A DNA stretch of 64,000 bases from Verrucomicrobiota bacterium (GTDB lineage Bacteria; Verrucomicrobiota; Verrucomicrobiia; Verrucomicrobiales; Verrucomicrobiaceae): NCBI GenBank assembly GCA_017301975.1, contig JAFLEI010000016.1, positions 58,349-122,348 of the forward strand, given 5' to 3'. Shown here one piece after another: positions 1-8,290 of this stretch. Every line of letters begins with the position of its first letter. Positions within the stretch are counted from its first letter, which is position 1. The notes beneath the pieces are model-generated. The model saw nothing but the letters and a program-made list of their open reading frames with translations, had not been told where the DNA came from and searched no databases. Position numbers and translations under genes: made by a program.

Positions 1-272
1 GCTTTGCGGTCGACGCTGAGTTTGGAAAGGATGGCGTCACGGCTCAGATCGCTGCCGGGTTTGACGATGAGGTCGTAGTTTTCGGCGGGCAGGTCCTCCG
101 TGGCATAGTCAAACCAGATCGCATCGCGGCCCAGATCACGCATGGCCTCATGCAGCGGGCCGACGGCGGTTTGCTCCTTGCCCTCGGCATCCAGATAGAG
201 CACGCGGATGGGGCCGGTGGGTGCAGCATGGGCTAAAACGGCGGTGAAGAGGGTGAGCAGGATCGCTTTCAT
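1..272 (-). CDS. Secreted hypothetical protein, 5' part only (gene runs off the left edge)
   Basis: Absent from the ORF track because no stop lies in the window. The reverse complement reads ATG (272-270) MKAILLTLFTAVLAHAAPTGPIRVLYLDAEGKEQTAVGPLHEAMRDLGRDAIWFDYATEDLPAENYDLIVKPGSD... The N-terminus is hydrophobic and signal-peptide-like. Family not recognised. Confidence 0.5.
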   Translation of the reverse strand, partial: MKAILLTLFTAVLAHAAPTGPIRVLYLDAEGKEQTAVGPLHEAMRDLGRDAIWFDYATEDLPAENYDLIVKPGSDLSRDAILSKLSVDRK

Positions 273-413
273 GGTGGGTGATGTGAAATCTCACTCGAAA
301 TAACGCCTGCTGGCCAGCCTGATGTGCGGACAACTTTTGGGAGGAATCGGACACGGTGAAAATGACGGAATGTACGTTTGGCTTTTCGTCTGGCGACGGC
401 ATGATCCCGGCCC

Positions 414-2108
414 GTGACTGATACCAAAAGACTGCGCCTGTTCATGTTCATTGCCCCGCTGCTCAGCGGGATCATTTTGACATTTGCCTTTCCAGGTTGG
501 AATTCCAATCTCGCAGTGTGGCTCTGGCTCCTGCCTTTGCTGGCCGTCTTGTGGCCATGGAAAAATGCAGAGCATGTCAAAGTGCGTCCGTTTTGGCGCG
601 GCTATCTGGCCGGGCTGGCGTTCTTTCTCATCAATCTGAAGTGGGTGCATCATTCGGCGCGGGTGCGGCTGGGCAATGCCATTGACGACTCATGGTCGGG
701 GTTGCTGCCCGAACTAGCAGGATTTGGGGCGCTGGTGGGCCTGTCTGGATACTGCGCGGTTTACTTTGGTCTGTGGGCCTGGTTCACGCATCGCTTTGCA
801 CGGCCCAATGTGACCACGCTGACCAAAGATGCGTGGTGGCCGAGCACGCTTCACTCGCTTGCATGTTCCTTTCTCGCTGCTTCGGCCTGGGTGGCTTGTG
901 AATGGCTGCGCAGCACGACAGTTTTCACCGGCTTTGGTTGGAACGGTCTCGGAGTGGCGATGCATGGCATGCTTCCTCTCATTCAGGCAGCGGATCTCGT
1001 CGGCGTCTTTGGCCTTTCGTTTCTGCCGGTGTTCGTCGCCTGCACGGCCTGGAACACGCTGACTCGTCTCATCCTTGCCTATCGGGGAGAGGGGACCTGC
1101 AAGACCCGGCTCGACTTCACCGTGGCTTTGATCCTCATGCTCAGCACGGCCGGGTATGGAATGCTGAAGCTGACCGCCAAAGAGAAGGACGACATCACCG
1201 TGCGCACCGTTGTGGTGCAGCCCAACGTGTCGCTGGTGGATGCCGCGACGGGCAGGCTGGCGGAACAAACGTATCAGCACTTGGATCAGTTCACCCGCAT
1301 GTATGGGACGGCGAAGGAAGGCAAGACCTCCACGGATCTCATCATCTGGCCGGAGAGCGCGCTGCCGGTCAATCTGGAGGACCGGTATCATTATCTCCCG
1401 CAGGGCTTCCATCAAAATTACTTCAATGACATGCTGCAGTCTGGAGACTTCAGCCTTTTCTTGGGCACGGATCTGTATGAAAGCGCCGAGATTGGGCATG
1501 TCTCGGCCGTGCTGTTTCGTGGCAGCGCCGAGCGTCGTCAAGAATACCACAAGGTGCATCTGGTGCCCTTTGGCGAATACCTGCCGCTGAAAAGCATCCC
1601 GCCTTTTTCCTTTCTGAGCAGCATGTTTGAAGGGGCCTTCACGCCGGGAGACAAGATAGAGCCCTTGCTGCTGGAGCAGCCGAAGGTGCAGATCATCCCG
1701 CTCATCTGCTTTGAAGACACCGTGGGCAGTCTGGCGCGCAAGTTTGTGCGCGAGGCTCCGCAAATGATCGTGAACATCACCAACGATGGCTGGTTTCTTC
1801 AAAGTGAAGAACCCGAGGTGCACATGATCAACTCCCTCTTTCGCGCCATCGAATTGCGCCGCCCCATGGTGCGCGCCACCAACACGGGCGTGAGCTGCTT
1901 CATCGACACCTGCGGTCGCATCACCTCCAGACTTAAAGATCCAGAGACCGGTTCATCCTTCATCGAGGGCACGCTGCCCGGTGAGGTCAAGGTGCCGCGT
2001 GCGGGGCACGTCACGCTCTATGCACGCTACGGCGACTGGTTTGCGCTGACGCTGCTGGGTGTGTGCGTGATCGTGGCCTTGCTGCCGAAAAAGATAGCGG
2101 GCATGTAG
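414..2108 (+). CDS. lnt: Apolipoprotein N-acyltransferase
   Basis: 564-aa ORF. The N-terminal half is multi-TM. It is followed by a carbon-nitrogen hydrolase domain with IIWPESALP, KVHLVPFGEYLP and IPLICFEDT (Glu/Lys/Cys triad). GTG start at 414; an ATG alternative lies at 444. Confidence 0.9.
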   Translation: MTDTKRLRLFMFIAPLLSGIILTFAFPGWNSNLAVWLWLLPLLAVLWPWKNAEHVKVRPFWRGYLAGLAFFLINLKWVHHSARVRLGNAIDDSWSGLLPELAGFGALVGLSGYCAVYFGLWAWFTHRFARPNVTTLTKDAWWPSTLHSLACSFLAASAWVACEWLRSTTVFTGFGWNGLGVAMHGMLPLIQAADLVGVFGLSFLPVFVACTAWNTLTRLILAYRGEGTCKTRLDFTVALILMLSTAGYGMLKLTAKEKDDITVRTVVVQPNVSLVDAATGRLAEQTYQHLDQFTRMYGTAKEGKTSTDLIIWPESALPVNLEDRYHYLPQGFHQNYFNDMLQSGDFSLFLGTDLYESAEIGHVSAVLFRGSAERRQEYHKVHLVPFGEYLPLKSIPPFSFLSSMFEGAFTPGDKIEPLLLEQPKVQIIPLICFEDTVGSLARKFVREAPQMIVNITNDGWFLQSEEPEVHMINSLFRAIELRRPMVRATNTGVSCFIDTCGRITSRLKDPETGSSFIEGTLPGEVKVPRAGHVTLYARYGDWFALTLLGVCVIVALLPKKIAGM

Positions 2109-2117
2109 GTAAAGGCC

Positions 2118-3478
2118 TCAGTCCCCCCGCCACCAGGAGCGCCAGGTGGGGCGGGGCTTGGGCTCATCCTTGGACTGGAGGGGGCCGGGAAAGTGCGCGT
2201 CCGCCGCTTCATCCGAGGGAGGGGCAAATTTGGACTTGGAGACCACGGCGTTCTGCATGGGCGCGCGTGGACGGAGGACGATCTCAGCTTCGACCAGAGC
2301 GCCTGCAATCTGCGGCGGAAGTTGAGGGGCCGGGGGCGAGGCCATTTCCTCCGGCTGCGGCTGCCAGGGATTGGGCGGTGCGACTTCGAGCGGGGAGTCG
2401 AAAGAGGCCTCGCCGGGAGAGGCCAGCTCCACTTGGATCTCCGGTGCTGCCGGCTCAGACGGGGCTGGAGGAGGGGGAATGCTCTGCAGCGCTGACTCCT
2501 CAGTCACAGGTGGCGGGACTGGTGCTGGAGGCGGTGTCTCCCGGGACAGGGGCTCTTCCGCAGCGGCTGGCGGGACCTGGATCTCGTCTGGAAAGGACGC
2601 ACCCTGAAACACTTCCGTGGCAAAAAACAGCGGCGGGCCAATTTCCTCCTGGCGCACCGGGGCGGTGGAAAAGACGTCGGATCTTGGCGGCTGCTGTGTG
2701 CTGAAGGGGACAGGCGGCGGCTCATGCGGGCTGAAGAAGAGACTGCCGGCAGGGGCCACGTAAGGCGTTGGCGCGGCTTCGTTCAGGCTGGGCATGGGAT
2801 CGACCCCGAGCGTCCACGCTGAATCTGCCACAACCACGGGAGGAGGAGGCGGTGGTGGAGGTGAAGCAGGCGGCGGCCATTCGAACGAAGGAGGCGGAGA
2901 TTCCTGCACCAGCTCCGGAAGGAAAGCTGGCGTGGGCAGGGCGGGCTGTTGAGGCGGTTCATCTGCCTGGATCTCAGACTCCATTTCCTGTTCCAGCTGA
3001 GGCACGGGCTCAGTGAGGACGGCAAAGGAATCGTTGTCGGGCGGTGGTAATGAACCGGGAAATTCATCCCATTCATCCAGAAGAAATGATTCCGGGCGGT
3101 AATCGTCTTCGGGCTCGCTCGGCAGGAGGTCGGTGGTGGGGAAATCAACGACAGGGGCCTGCTCTTCGCGAATGATCTGGCGGGAGAGCCATTCTTCGAC
3201 CTGGCTTTGCGCAGGACTTTCAAGCGGTGGAGGGGGGGGCGGCACCACGCCCAGCTTGGGCATGGCGGGCTCGTGGGGGCTGCCGGTGGGGCGGAGGTAG
3301 TTTTCTGCTTCAGCAGTGCCATGGCTGCGGCCCCTGCCGCGAAGAGCAGGGGGGCTTTTCCAAGACGAGTGGCAAGGACCCCGCCAAGCGCCGTGGCCGC
3401 AAGAATCGCCAACGGGCCAGGCTGATGACTGGTGCGTTGCGGCTGGTCTGACGAAGGGTCCTGGGAAGCCGTGCTCAT
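2118..3478 (-). CDS. Membrane-anchored acidic, proline-rich protein. The reading frame changes between 3290 and 3232 (frameshift at a G8/C8 tract), or the gene starts at ATG 3263.
   Basis: The frame starting at ATG 3478 gives a convincing N-terminus with a TM helix (MSTASQDPSSDQPQRTSHQPGPLAILAATALGGVLATRLGKAPLLFAAGAAAMALLKQK), then turns into Arg/Ser/Leu-rich junk. The other frame (ends 2118) is junk-like upstream of 3263. Downstream it is a coherent Pro/Glu/Asp-rich sequence (PPPPPPLESPAQSQVEEWLSRQIIREEQAPVVDF...). One extra C in the run at 3232-3239 would join the two frames. Confidence 0.5.
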
Positions 3479-3555
3479 TCTTGAATTCGAACGACGTTAA
3501 TTCACCGCAGATGCTGCGGCAAGACTCAACTGCTGCACGGTCATCCTGCTTCTGC

Positions 3556-4659
3556 CTACTTGTTGGCATCGCCACCGCTGGCGACGGCGAGTCCGGCATC
3601 TTCGGGGGGAAGGAAGGCTTTGAAGCGATTCTTGTCGATGGCCTTCATGTAGGCTTCCATTGGAGTGACGTAGCCGTCACGGAGCTTCTGCCAGATGGCT
3701 TCATCCATGAACTGCATGCCTTGGGATTTGCCGCCGATGATGACGTCGTAGAGCTTCTGCGTGGCACCTTCACGAATGATGGCGCCGACGGCGGGATTGG
3801 ACACCATGATTTCATTCACGGCGGCGCGGCCCTTGCCATCAGACTTCTTCATGAGGAGCTGGGCCACCACGCCTTTGAGCGAAGCCGCGAGCATGGTGCG
3901 CACCTGGCTCTGCTGATCGGAGGGGAAGACGTCAATGATACGGTCAACGGTTTTGCGAGCGTTGTTGGTGTGCAGGGTGCCGAAGACGAGCAGGCCGGTC
4001 TCAGCCGCCGTGAGGGCGAGGGAGATGGTTTCAAGGTCGCGCATTTCACCCACGAGCACGATGTCCGCATCCTCACGCAGGGCGGCGCGGAGGCCGTCGG
4101 CGAATGAGGGAGTCTGGATGGGCACTTCACGCTGGGTGATGATGCTCTTCTTGTTGCGGTGCACGAACTCGATCGGTTCTTCGATCGTGATGATGTGGCG
4201 GCGGAAGTTGGTGTTGATGTAATCCAGCAGGGCGGCCAGTGTGGTCGATTTGCCCGACCCGGTGGGGCCGGTGACGAGGACGAGGCCGCTGCGCATGTGG
4301 CCGAACTCCTTGACCACAGGCGGAATGCCGAGCTGTTCCAGACTGGCGATCTTGGTGGGAATGATACGAAACACCGCGCCGTAGCCGTGCTGCTGGCGGA
4401 GGTAGTTGCAGCGGAAGCGGTTGTCCGCATCCATCTCGTAGGCAAAGTCGAGGTCGCCCTTTTCCTTGTAGCGGTCCCAGGCGCGGGGCTCGCAGATCTC
4501 CCGCATCATGGTCTCCATGAGACGCTCGTCCAGGATCTGGTCGGAGATGGGTTTGATGCTGCCATGCACGCGCACTTTGGGCGGCTGCTTCTGGCTGAGG
4601 TGGAGGTCGGATCCGCCCAGTTCGATGAGCTTCTGGAAATATTGATCAATGATTGGCAT
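3556..4659 (-). CDS. pilT: Type IV pilus retraction (twitching motility) ATPase PilT
   Basis: 367 aa. Walker A GPTGSGKSTT, Walker B/Asp box IVLVGEMRDLETI, TGLLVFGTLHTNNA. PilT-like length and N-terminus (GGSDLHL). Confidence 0.9.
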   Translation of the reverse strand: MPIIDQYFQKLIELGGSDLHLSQKQPPKVRVHGSIKPISDQILDERLMETMMREICEPRAWDRYKEKGDLDFAYEMDADNRFRCNYLRQQHGYGAVFRIIPTKIASLEQLGIPPVVKEFGHMRSGLVLVTGPTGSGKSTTLAALLDYINTNFRRHIITIEEPIEFVHRNKKSIITQREVPIQTPSFADGLRAALREDADIVLVGEMRDLETISLALTAAETGLLVFGTLHTNNARKTVDRIIDVFPSDQQSQVRTMLAASLKGVVAQLLMKKSDGKGRAAVNEIMVSNPAVGAIIREGATQKLYDVIIGGKSQGMQFMDEAIWQKLRDGYVTPMEAYMKAIDKNRFKAFLPPEDAGLAVASGGDANK

Positions 4660-4697
4660 GAGACGTTCGCAATGGTCGGTTGGAGTGGCTGAGGACC

Positions 4698-5801
4698 TCA
4701 GGATTCAAAGAACTTCTTCATGATGATCTTGTCCTCGGCACGGAACTCGCATTCTTCGCGGCTGATTTCGCCGGCGGAGTAGAGGTTGCGCAGGGAATCG
4801 TCCATGGTGATCATGCCGACGCCCTTGCCGGTCTGCATGACACCCGCGAGCATGTAGGTCTTGCCTTCACGAATACAGTTGCCGACGGCGGGAGTGTTGA
4901 CGAGCACTTCGAGCGCCATGACGCGGCCGTTGCCGTCGATCCGGGGAACGAGCTGCTGGGAGAGGATGCCACGCAGGGATTCAGAGACCATGATGCGGAT
5001 CTGATCACGCTGATCGATGGGGAACACATCGAGCACACGGTCCAGGGTGCGGGCGGCGCTGCCGGTGTGCAGGGTGCCGAGCACAAGATGTCCCGTTTCC
5101 GCAGCGGTGATGGCCAGCGAGATGGTTTCGAGGTCGCGCATTTCACCGACCATGATGACGTCCGGGTCTTCACGCAGGGCTCCGCGCAGCGCGGCTGCGA
5201 AGGAGGCGGTGTGGGTGTGAACTTCACGCTGGTTCACATGGCAGCCCTTGGGCTCGATGATGTACTCAATCGGGTCTTCCAGGGTGATGATGTGGTCCTG
5301 CCGCTCCTCGTTGATGGAATCTACCAGCGCCGCCAGGGTGGTGGACTTGCCGCAGCCGACCGGGCCGGTGACGAGAATCAGGCCGTTGTGGAAACGGGTG
5401 AGCGTTTTGGCCGTGGGTGGCAGGCCAAGATCTTCGACAGACTTGATCTGGGTCTTGATGACGCGGAAGACCATGTCGATGCCCAGACGCTGCTGAACGA
5501 TGGACGAGCGGAAGCGTCCGAAGCCTGGAGAGTAGGCAAAGTCGACGTCTCCGCGCGCTTCGAGCTGCTTGACCTGGGCCTCTCCCAGGAAACCGTAAGC
5601 GAGCCGGCGGGCGTCTTCAGGAGTGAGGATCGCGGCATTGTCCCAGATGGGCTGGAGGTTTCCGTAGCGCCGCCAGACGGGCTGTGCGCCGGTGGCGAGA
5701 TGCAGGTCAGACGCGTCATACTCCATGCAAAACCGCAGGTAGTCATCCACGGAGCCTAAAACTGGAAGAAGATTGGGTGGGGGTTGGTTGGGATCGGACA
5801 T
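4698..5801 (-). CDS. Second PilT/PilU-family retraction ATPase
   Basis: 367 aa, paralogous to the neighbouring gene. GPVGCGKSTT, VIMVGEMRDLETI, TGHLVLGTLHTGSA. In tandem and on the same strand as pilT. Confidence 0.85.
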   Translation of the reverse strand: MSDPNQPPPNLLPVLGSVDDYLRFCMEYDASDLHLATGAQPVWRRYGNLQPIWDNAAILTPEDARRLAYGFLGEAQVKQLEARGDVDFAYSPGFGRFRSSIVQQRLGIDMVFRVIKTQIKSVEDLGLPPTAKTLTRFHNGLILVTGPVGCGKSTTLAALVDSINEERQDHIITLEDPIEYIIEPKGCHVNQREVHTHTASFAAALRGALREDPDVIMVGEMRDLETISLAITAAETGHLVLGTLHTGSAARTLDRVLDVFPIDQRDQIRIMVSESLRGILSQQLVPRIDGNGRVMALEVLVNTPAVGNCIREGKTYMLAGVMQTGKGVGMITMDDSLRNLYSAGEISREECEFRAEDKIIMKKFFES

Positions 5802-5816
5802 GAAATGAAGATGACG

Positions 5817-6218
5817 CTAGACTGCTTCGGCATCCGAAGCGTTCGGAGAAATTTTCTGGTGCAGATAAGATTGAACCATCTGGGTGCCGTAACTCATCAG
5901 GGATTTACGAGCGAGACCGATCAACGGACTGAGGAGCAGAGCAAACAAACCGCTTCTCTGTGCGCCACTAAGAGAAGCTTCATGATGGCGGGAGGAGTCC
6001 CGGGAAGGCAGGACGGCTTTGATCAGGACCAGTCCTGCGACGGCGGCACCGCCAATCCACAGTGCGCGATGCTTGTGCACGCTACGGGTGATGATGGCCT
6101 TGGGGCTCCACTCCTCCGCTGCATGGGAGGCATGATAGGCCAGAGACCCACGGGCCTCCTCAAGATCATGCAAAGCCTGCTGCTTTGGAGTCAGTTGTTC
6201 TTGTGGCTGGTGAGACAT
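5817..6218 (-). CDS. Small membrane protein, YqjK-like by position
   Basis: 133-aa ORF. Polar N-terminus, one or two hydrophobic segments (ALWIGGAAVAGLVLIKAVL, LFALLLSPLIGLA). Overlaps the upstream gene by 28 nt. It is third in a yqjD-yqjE-yqjK-like arrangement. Confidence 0.45.
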   Translation of the reverse strand: MSHQPQEQLTPKQQALHDLEEARGSLAYHASHAAEEWSPKAIITRSVHKHRALWIGGAAVAGLVLIKAVLPSRDSSRHHEASLSGAQRSGLFALLLSPLIGLARKSLMSYGTQMVQSYLHQKISPNASDAEAV

Positions 6219-6592
6219 TCGCGGTCGCGACGGAATTGGTTGAACGTTTCCTCAAAGAGCTGCATTCCGCGCAGCCTGGTTTTTAACACGATGAGCAGCA
6301 GCAGGCCGATGAAGAGATGAGCGGCAGCGCCCATGAGTGCCACCCGCGTCCAGTGCCAGCCACCGGCTTCGGCGATGATCCAGATCAGGGCGGGAGCCGC
6401 AAGCATCCAGCCAATGACAAAGGCGGCAAAGGCAAGGATGAAAACGCCGGAAAGGTTGACGACGCGGATGCCGGCCTCCTGGGTTTCCAGGTGCAGCAGG
6501 CGGCCCCGTGCTTCAATGTACAGCGCCACGGCACGCAGCAATCCTGTTGCGCTGGCGCGTTCCTCAGTGGCGGGCGGCGTGCCTGAGTTCAT
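6191..6592 (-). CDS. YqjE-like membrane protein (DUF1469 / Holin-X family)
   Basis: 133 aa. Its architecture matches my recollection of E. coli YqjE: an amphipathic segment (ARGRLLHLETQEAGIR), two TM helices, and a basic C-terminal tail (LKTRLRGMQLFEETFNQFRRDRECL). Confidence 0.55.
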   Translation of the reverse strand: MNSGTPPATEERASATGLLRAVALYIEARGRLLHLETQEAGIRVVNLSGVFILAFAAFVIGWMLAAPALIWIIAEAGGWHWTRVALMGAAAHLFIGLLLLIVLKTRLRGMQLFEETFNQFRRDRECLTSHKNN

Positions 6593-6615
6593 GAAAGGTG
6601 GAGCGGAATGGAGTG

Positions 6616-7008
6616 TCAGCGGCGCAGAATGGCCCCGACGACAAAACCAATGCCGAACGCTGTAAGCAACGCATGAAGCGGCTTTTCACGTGTAAATTTT
6701 TCCACCTCGGCACGCAGATCGTCATACCGCACGCGTGCTTCGGTGAAGGTGTGGTCGGCGAATTCGCCGGCCTTTTCCTTGATGTCAGACGCCTTCTGCT
6801 CGGCGGTGCTGCGGAGCTGCTGCGCGCGTGATTCTGCAGCGTTGCGGAATTCGGAGGCCTTCTGCGCTGCTGCGGCACGCAGCTCTTCGGCGGCTTTCAA
6901 GGCGCTGGCTTTCGCCGCCTGAAAGGGATCATGCTGCGGACTGCTGCCAAAGGCGGATTCTGAGGTAGGATTGTCAGTCATAATGCGAAAGGGGTAGGGA
7001 ATTGCCAT
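6616..7008 (-). CDS. ElaB/YqjD/DUF883-family tail-anchored protein
   Basis: Ala/Lys/Glu-rich helical body (AAKASALKAAEELRAAAAQKASEFRNAAESRAQQLRSTAEQKASDIKEKAGE). C-terminal anchor is KPLHALLTAFGIGFVVGAILRR. An alternative start ATG lies at 6981 (MTDNPTSE). Confidence 0.7.
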   Translation of the reverse strand: MAIPYPFRIMTDNPTSESAFGSSPQHDPFQAAKASALKAAEELRAAAAQKASEFRNAAESRAQQLRSTAEQKASDIKEKAGEFADHTFTEARVRYDDLRAEVEKFTREKPLHALLTAFGIGFVVGAILRR

Positions 7009-7095
7009 GCAAGGCCGGAGCCTGCTTTAGACTGCTATTAAAGACGGGTCTCTAACCCTTGGCGAGAGGAAAAAACAGTTGGTCGATTTCTTCGC

Positions 7096-7716
7096 TCAGG
7101 CGTTGCGCGCCGTGGTTCTGGGGGCGCTTTTCCGCATGGCCGTCACGGGCAGTCTGCGCCGTGTGAGAAGCAGGGCGCGGTGCAGTGTGGCGGTCTGCTG
7201 CCTGCTGGTGGCGATTTCCGCCTTGGCCGCAGCAAGTTCAGACTCAAGGGTCTGGATGCGCAACGTGTCCACGGCGGGGAGCGCAGGGACTGGCGGAGGG
7301 GGAGGCTTGGGCAGCGCGGAAGCGACGGGTGCTGCCGGCTTGGCGCCAAGTGCGGCCTCCAGTTCGGAGATTTTGGCCAGCGCCTCTGAGAGCGACTTCT
7401 TGTGGGCCTCATCCAGTCCCTTCAGGGCATGCAGGCCGCCTTGATCAGCCTGCTGCAGGCGGTGCGAGAACTCACTGCGAAGAGCATCAAACTGGCGCTG
7501 GGTTTTGGCCCGCCATGACATGGCGTCGTGGTGGATGGAGGTGACCTCCATTTGCTGCAGCACCGTCTGCTTGGTCATTTTCGCATTTTCTAGACGCAGG
7601 CGGTGGTTTGAGCGCGAGAGCCGGTAGATGCGGATCAAGGAGATCAAAAAGAGTCCGGCGACGATGCTGAGGCCCATAAGCCAGACCTGAATGTCCTGAG
7701 ACAATGCGCTGTTCAT
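7096..7716 (-). CDS. Single-pass membrane coiled-coil protein with proline-rich linker (paralog A)
   Basis: 206 aa. N-terminal TM (VWLMGLSIVAGLFLISLIRIY), then RSNHRLRLENAKMTKQ, WRAKTQRQFDALRSEFSHRL and PKPPPPPVPALP. Alignable with the next gene. Confidence 0.6.
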   Translation of the reverse strand: MNSALSQDIQVWLMGLSIVAGLFLISLIRIYRLSRSNHRLRLENAKMTKQTVLQQMEVTSIHHDAMSWRAKTQRQFDALRSEFSHRLQQADQGGLHALKGLDEAHKKSLSEALAKISELEAALGAKPAAPVASALPKPPPPPVPALPAVDTLRIQTLESELAAAKAEIATSRQQTATLHRALLLTRRRLPVTAMRKSAPRTTARNA

Positions 7717-7811
7717 CCTCGTACAGGGAGCAAATGTTGTTCCAATTCAATCATGGTGGTGTCCTTCGATTGGGCAGATTCAATTCCACGGGCATTCTGC
7801 GCGGGAGTGAT

Positions 7812-8276
7812 TTACGAGATGTTCAGAGCTGGAACAGGCAGAACGGCCTTCTCTTCAGGCTCCTCGGGCTTTGACACCACAAACGGTGCGGGCATCGGTG
7901 GCGCTGGAGGCGGAGGCTGCATCGCAGGCCGGGACGGTTTGCTGATGAGTTCCGCCCGCTTCTGGATGTCCTGATAACGCTGCTCGGATTCATCCAGACG
8001 TTTGGAAAACTCCGCGCGGAATGAATCAAACATGCGCTGGAGCTCTCCGCGCCAGGCATTGGAGTCTGAGCGGACCGAGAGCAGCGCCTGATGCTGGTTG
8101 AGCACCTGCTGCTCCATTTTGGCCGCGTTTTCACGCAGGCGGGCGTTCGTGCGCAGCAGAAACAGAATCCGCACCATCGAGATGAGAAGCAGGCCTCCAA
8201 CGATTGCCAAACTCAATTTTAGTGTAGGGACATCGAGAGCAATTTGGGAAAGGTCCATAAGAAAGGATGGGAGCAT
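7812..8276 (-). CDS. Single-pass membrane coiled-coil protein with proline-rich linker (paralog B)
   Basis: TM (LSLAIVGGLLLISMVRIL), then RTNARLRENAAKMEQQ, WRGELQRMFDSFRAEFSKRL and QPPPPAPPMPAP. The track ORF starts at TTG 8294. The first ATGs are at 8276 and 8258, so the start is uncertain. Confidence 0.6.
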   Translation of the reverse strand: MLPSFLMDLSQIALDVPTLKLSLAIVGGLLLISMVRILFLLRTNARLRENAAKMEQQVLNQHQALLSVRSDSNAWRGELQRMFDSFRAEFSKRLDESEQRYQDIQKRAELISKPSRPAMQPPPPAPPMPAPFVVSKPEEPEEKAVLPVPALNIS

Positions 8277-8290
8277 GTTCCGTTCCAAAA

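Noticed and set aside
2118-3599. The full 493-aa track ORF starting at 3599.
   Set aside because: Its first ~110 residues overlap the pilT stop and look like out-of-frame sequence. Another frame (ATG 3478) gives a much better N-terminus with a TM helix. See the frameshift finding.
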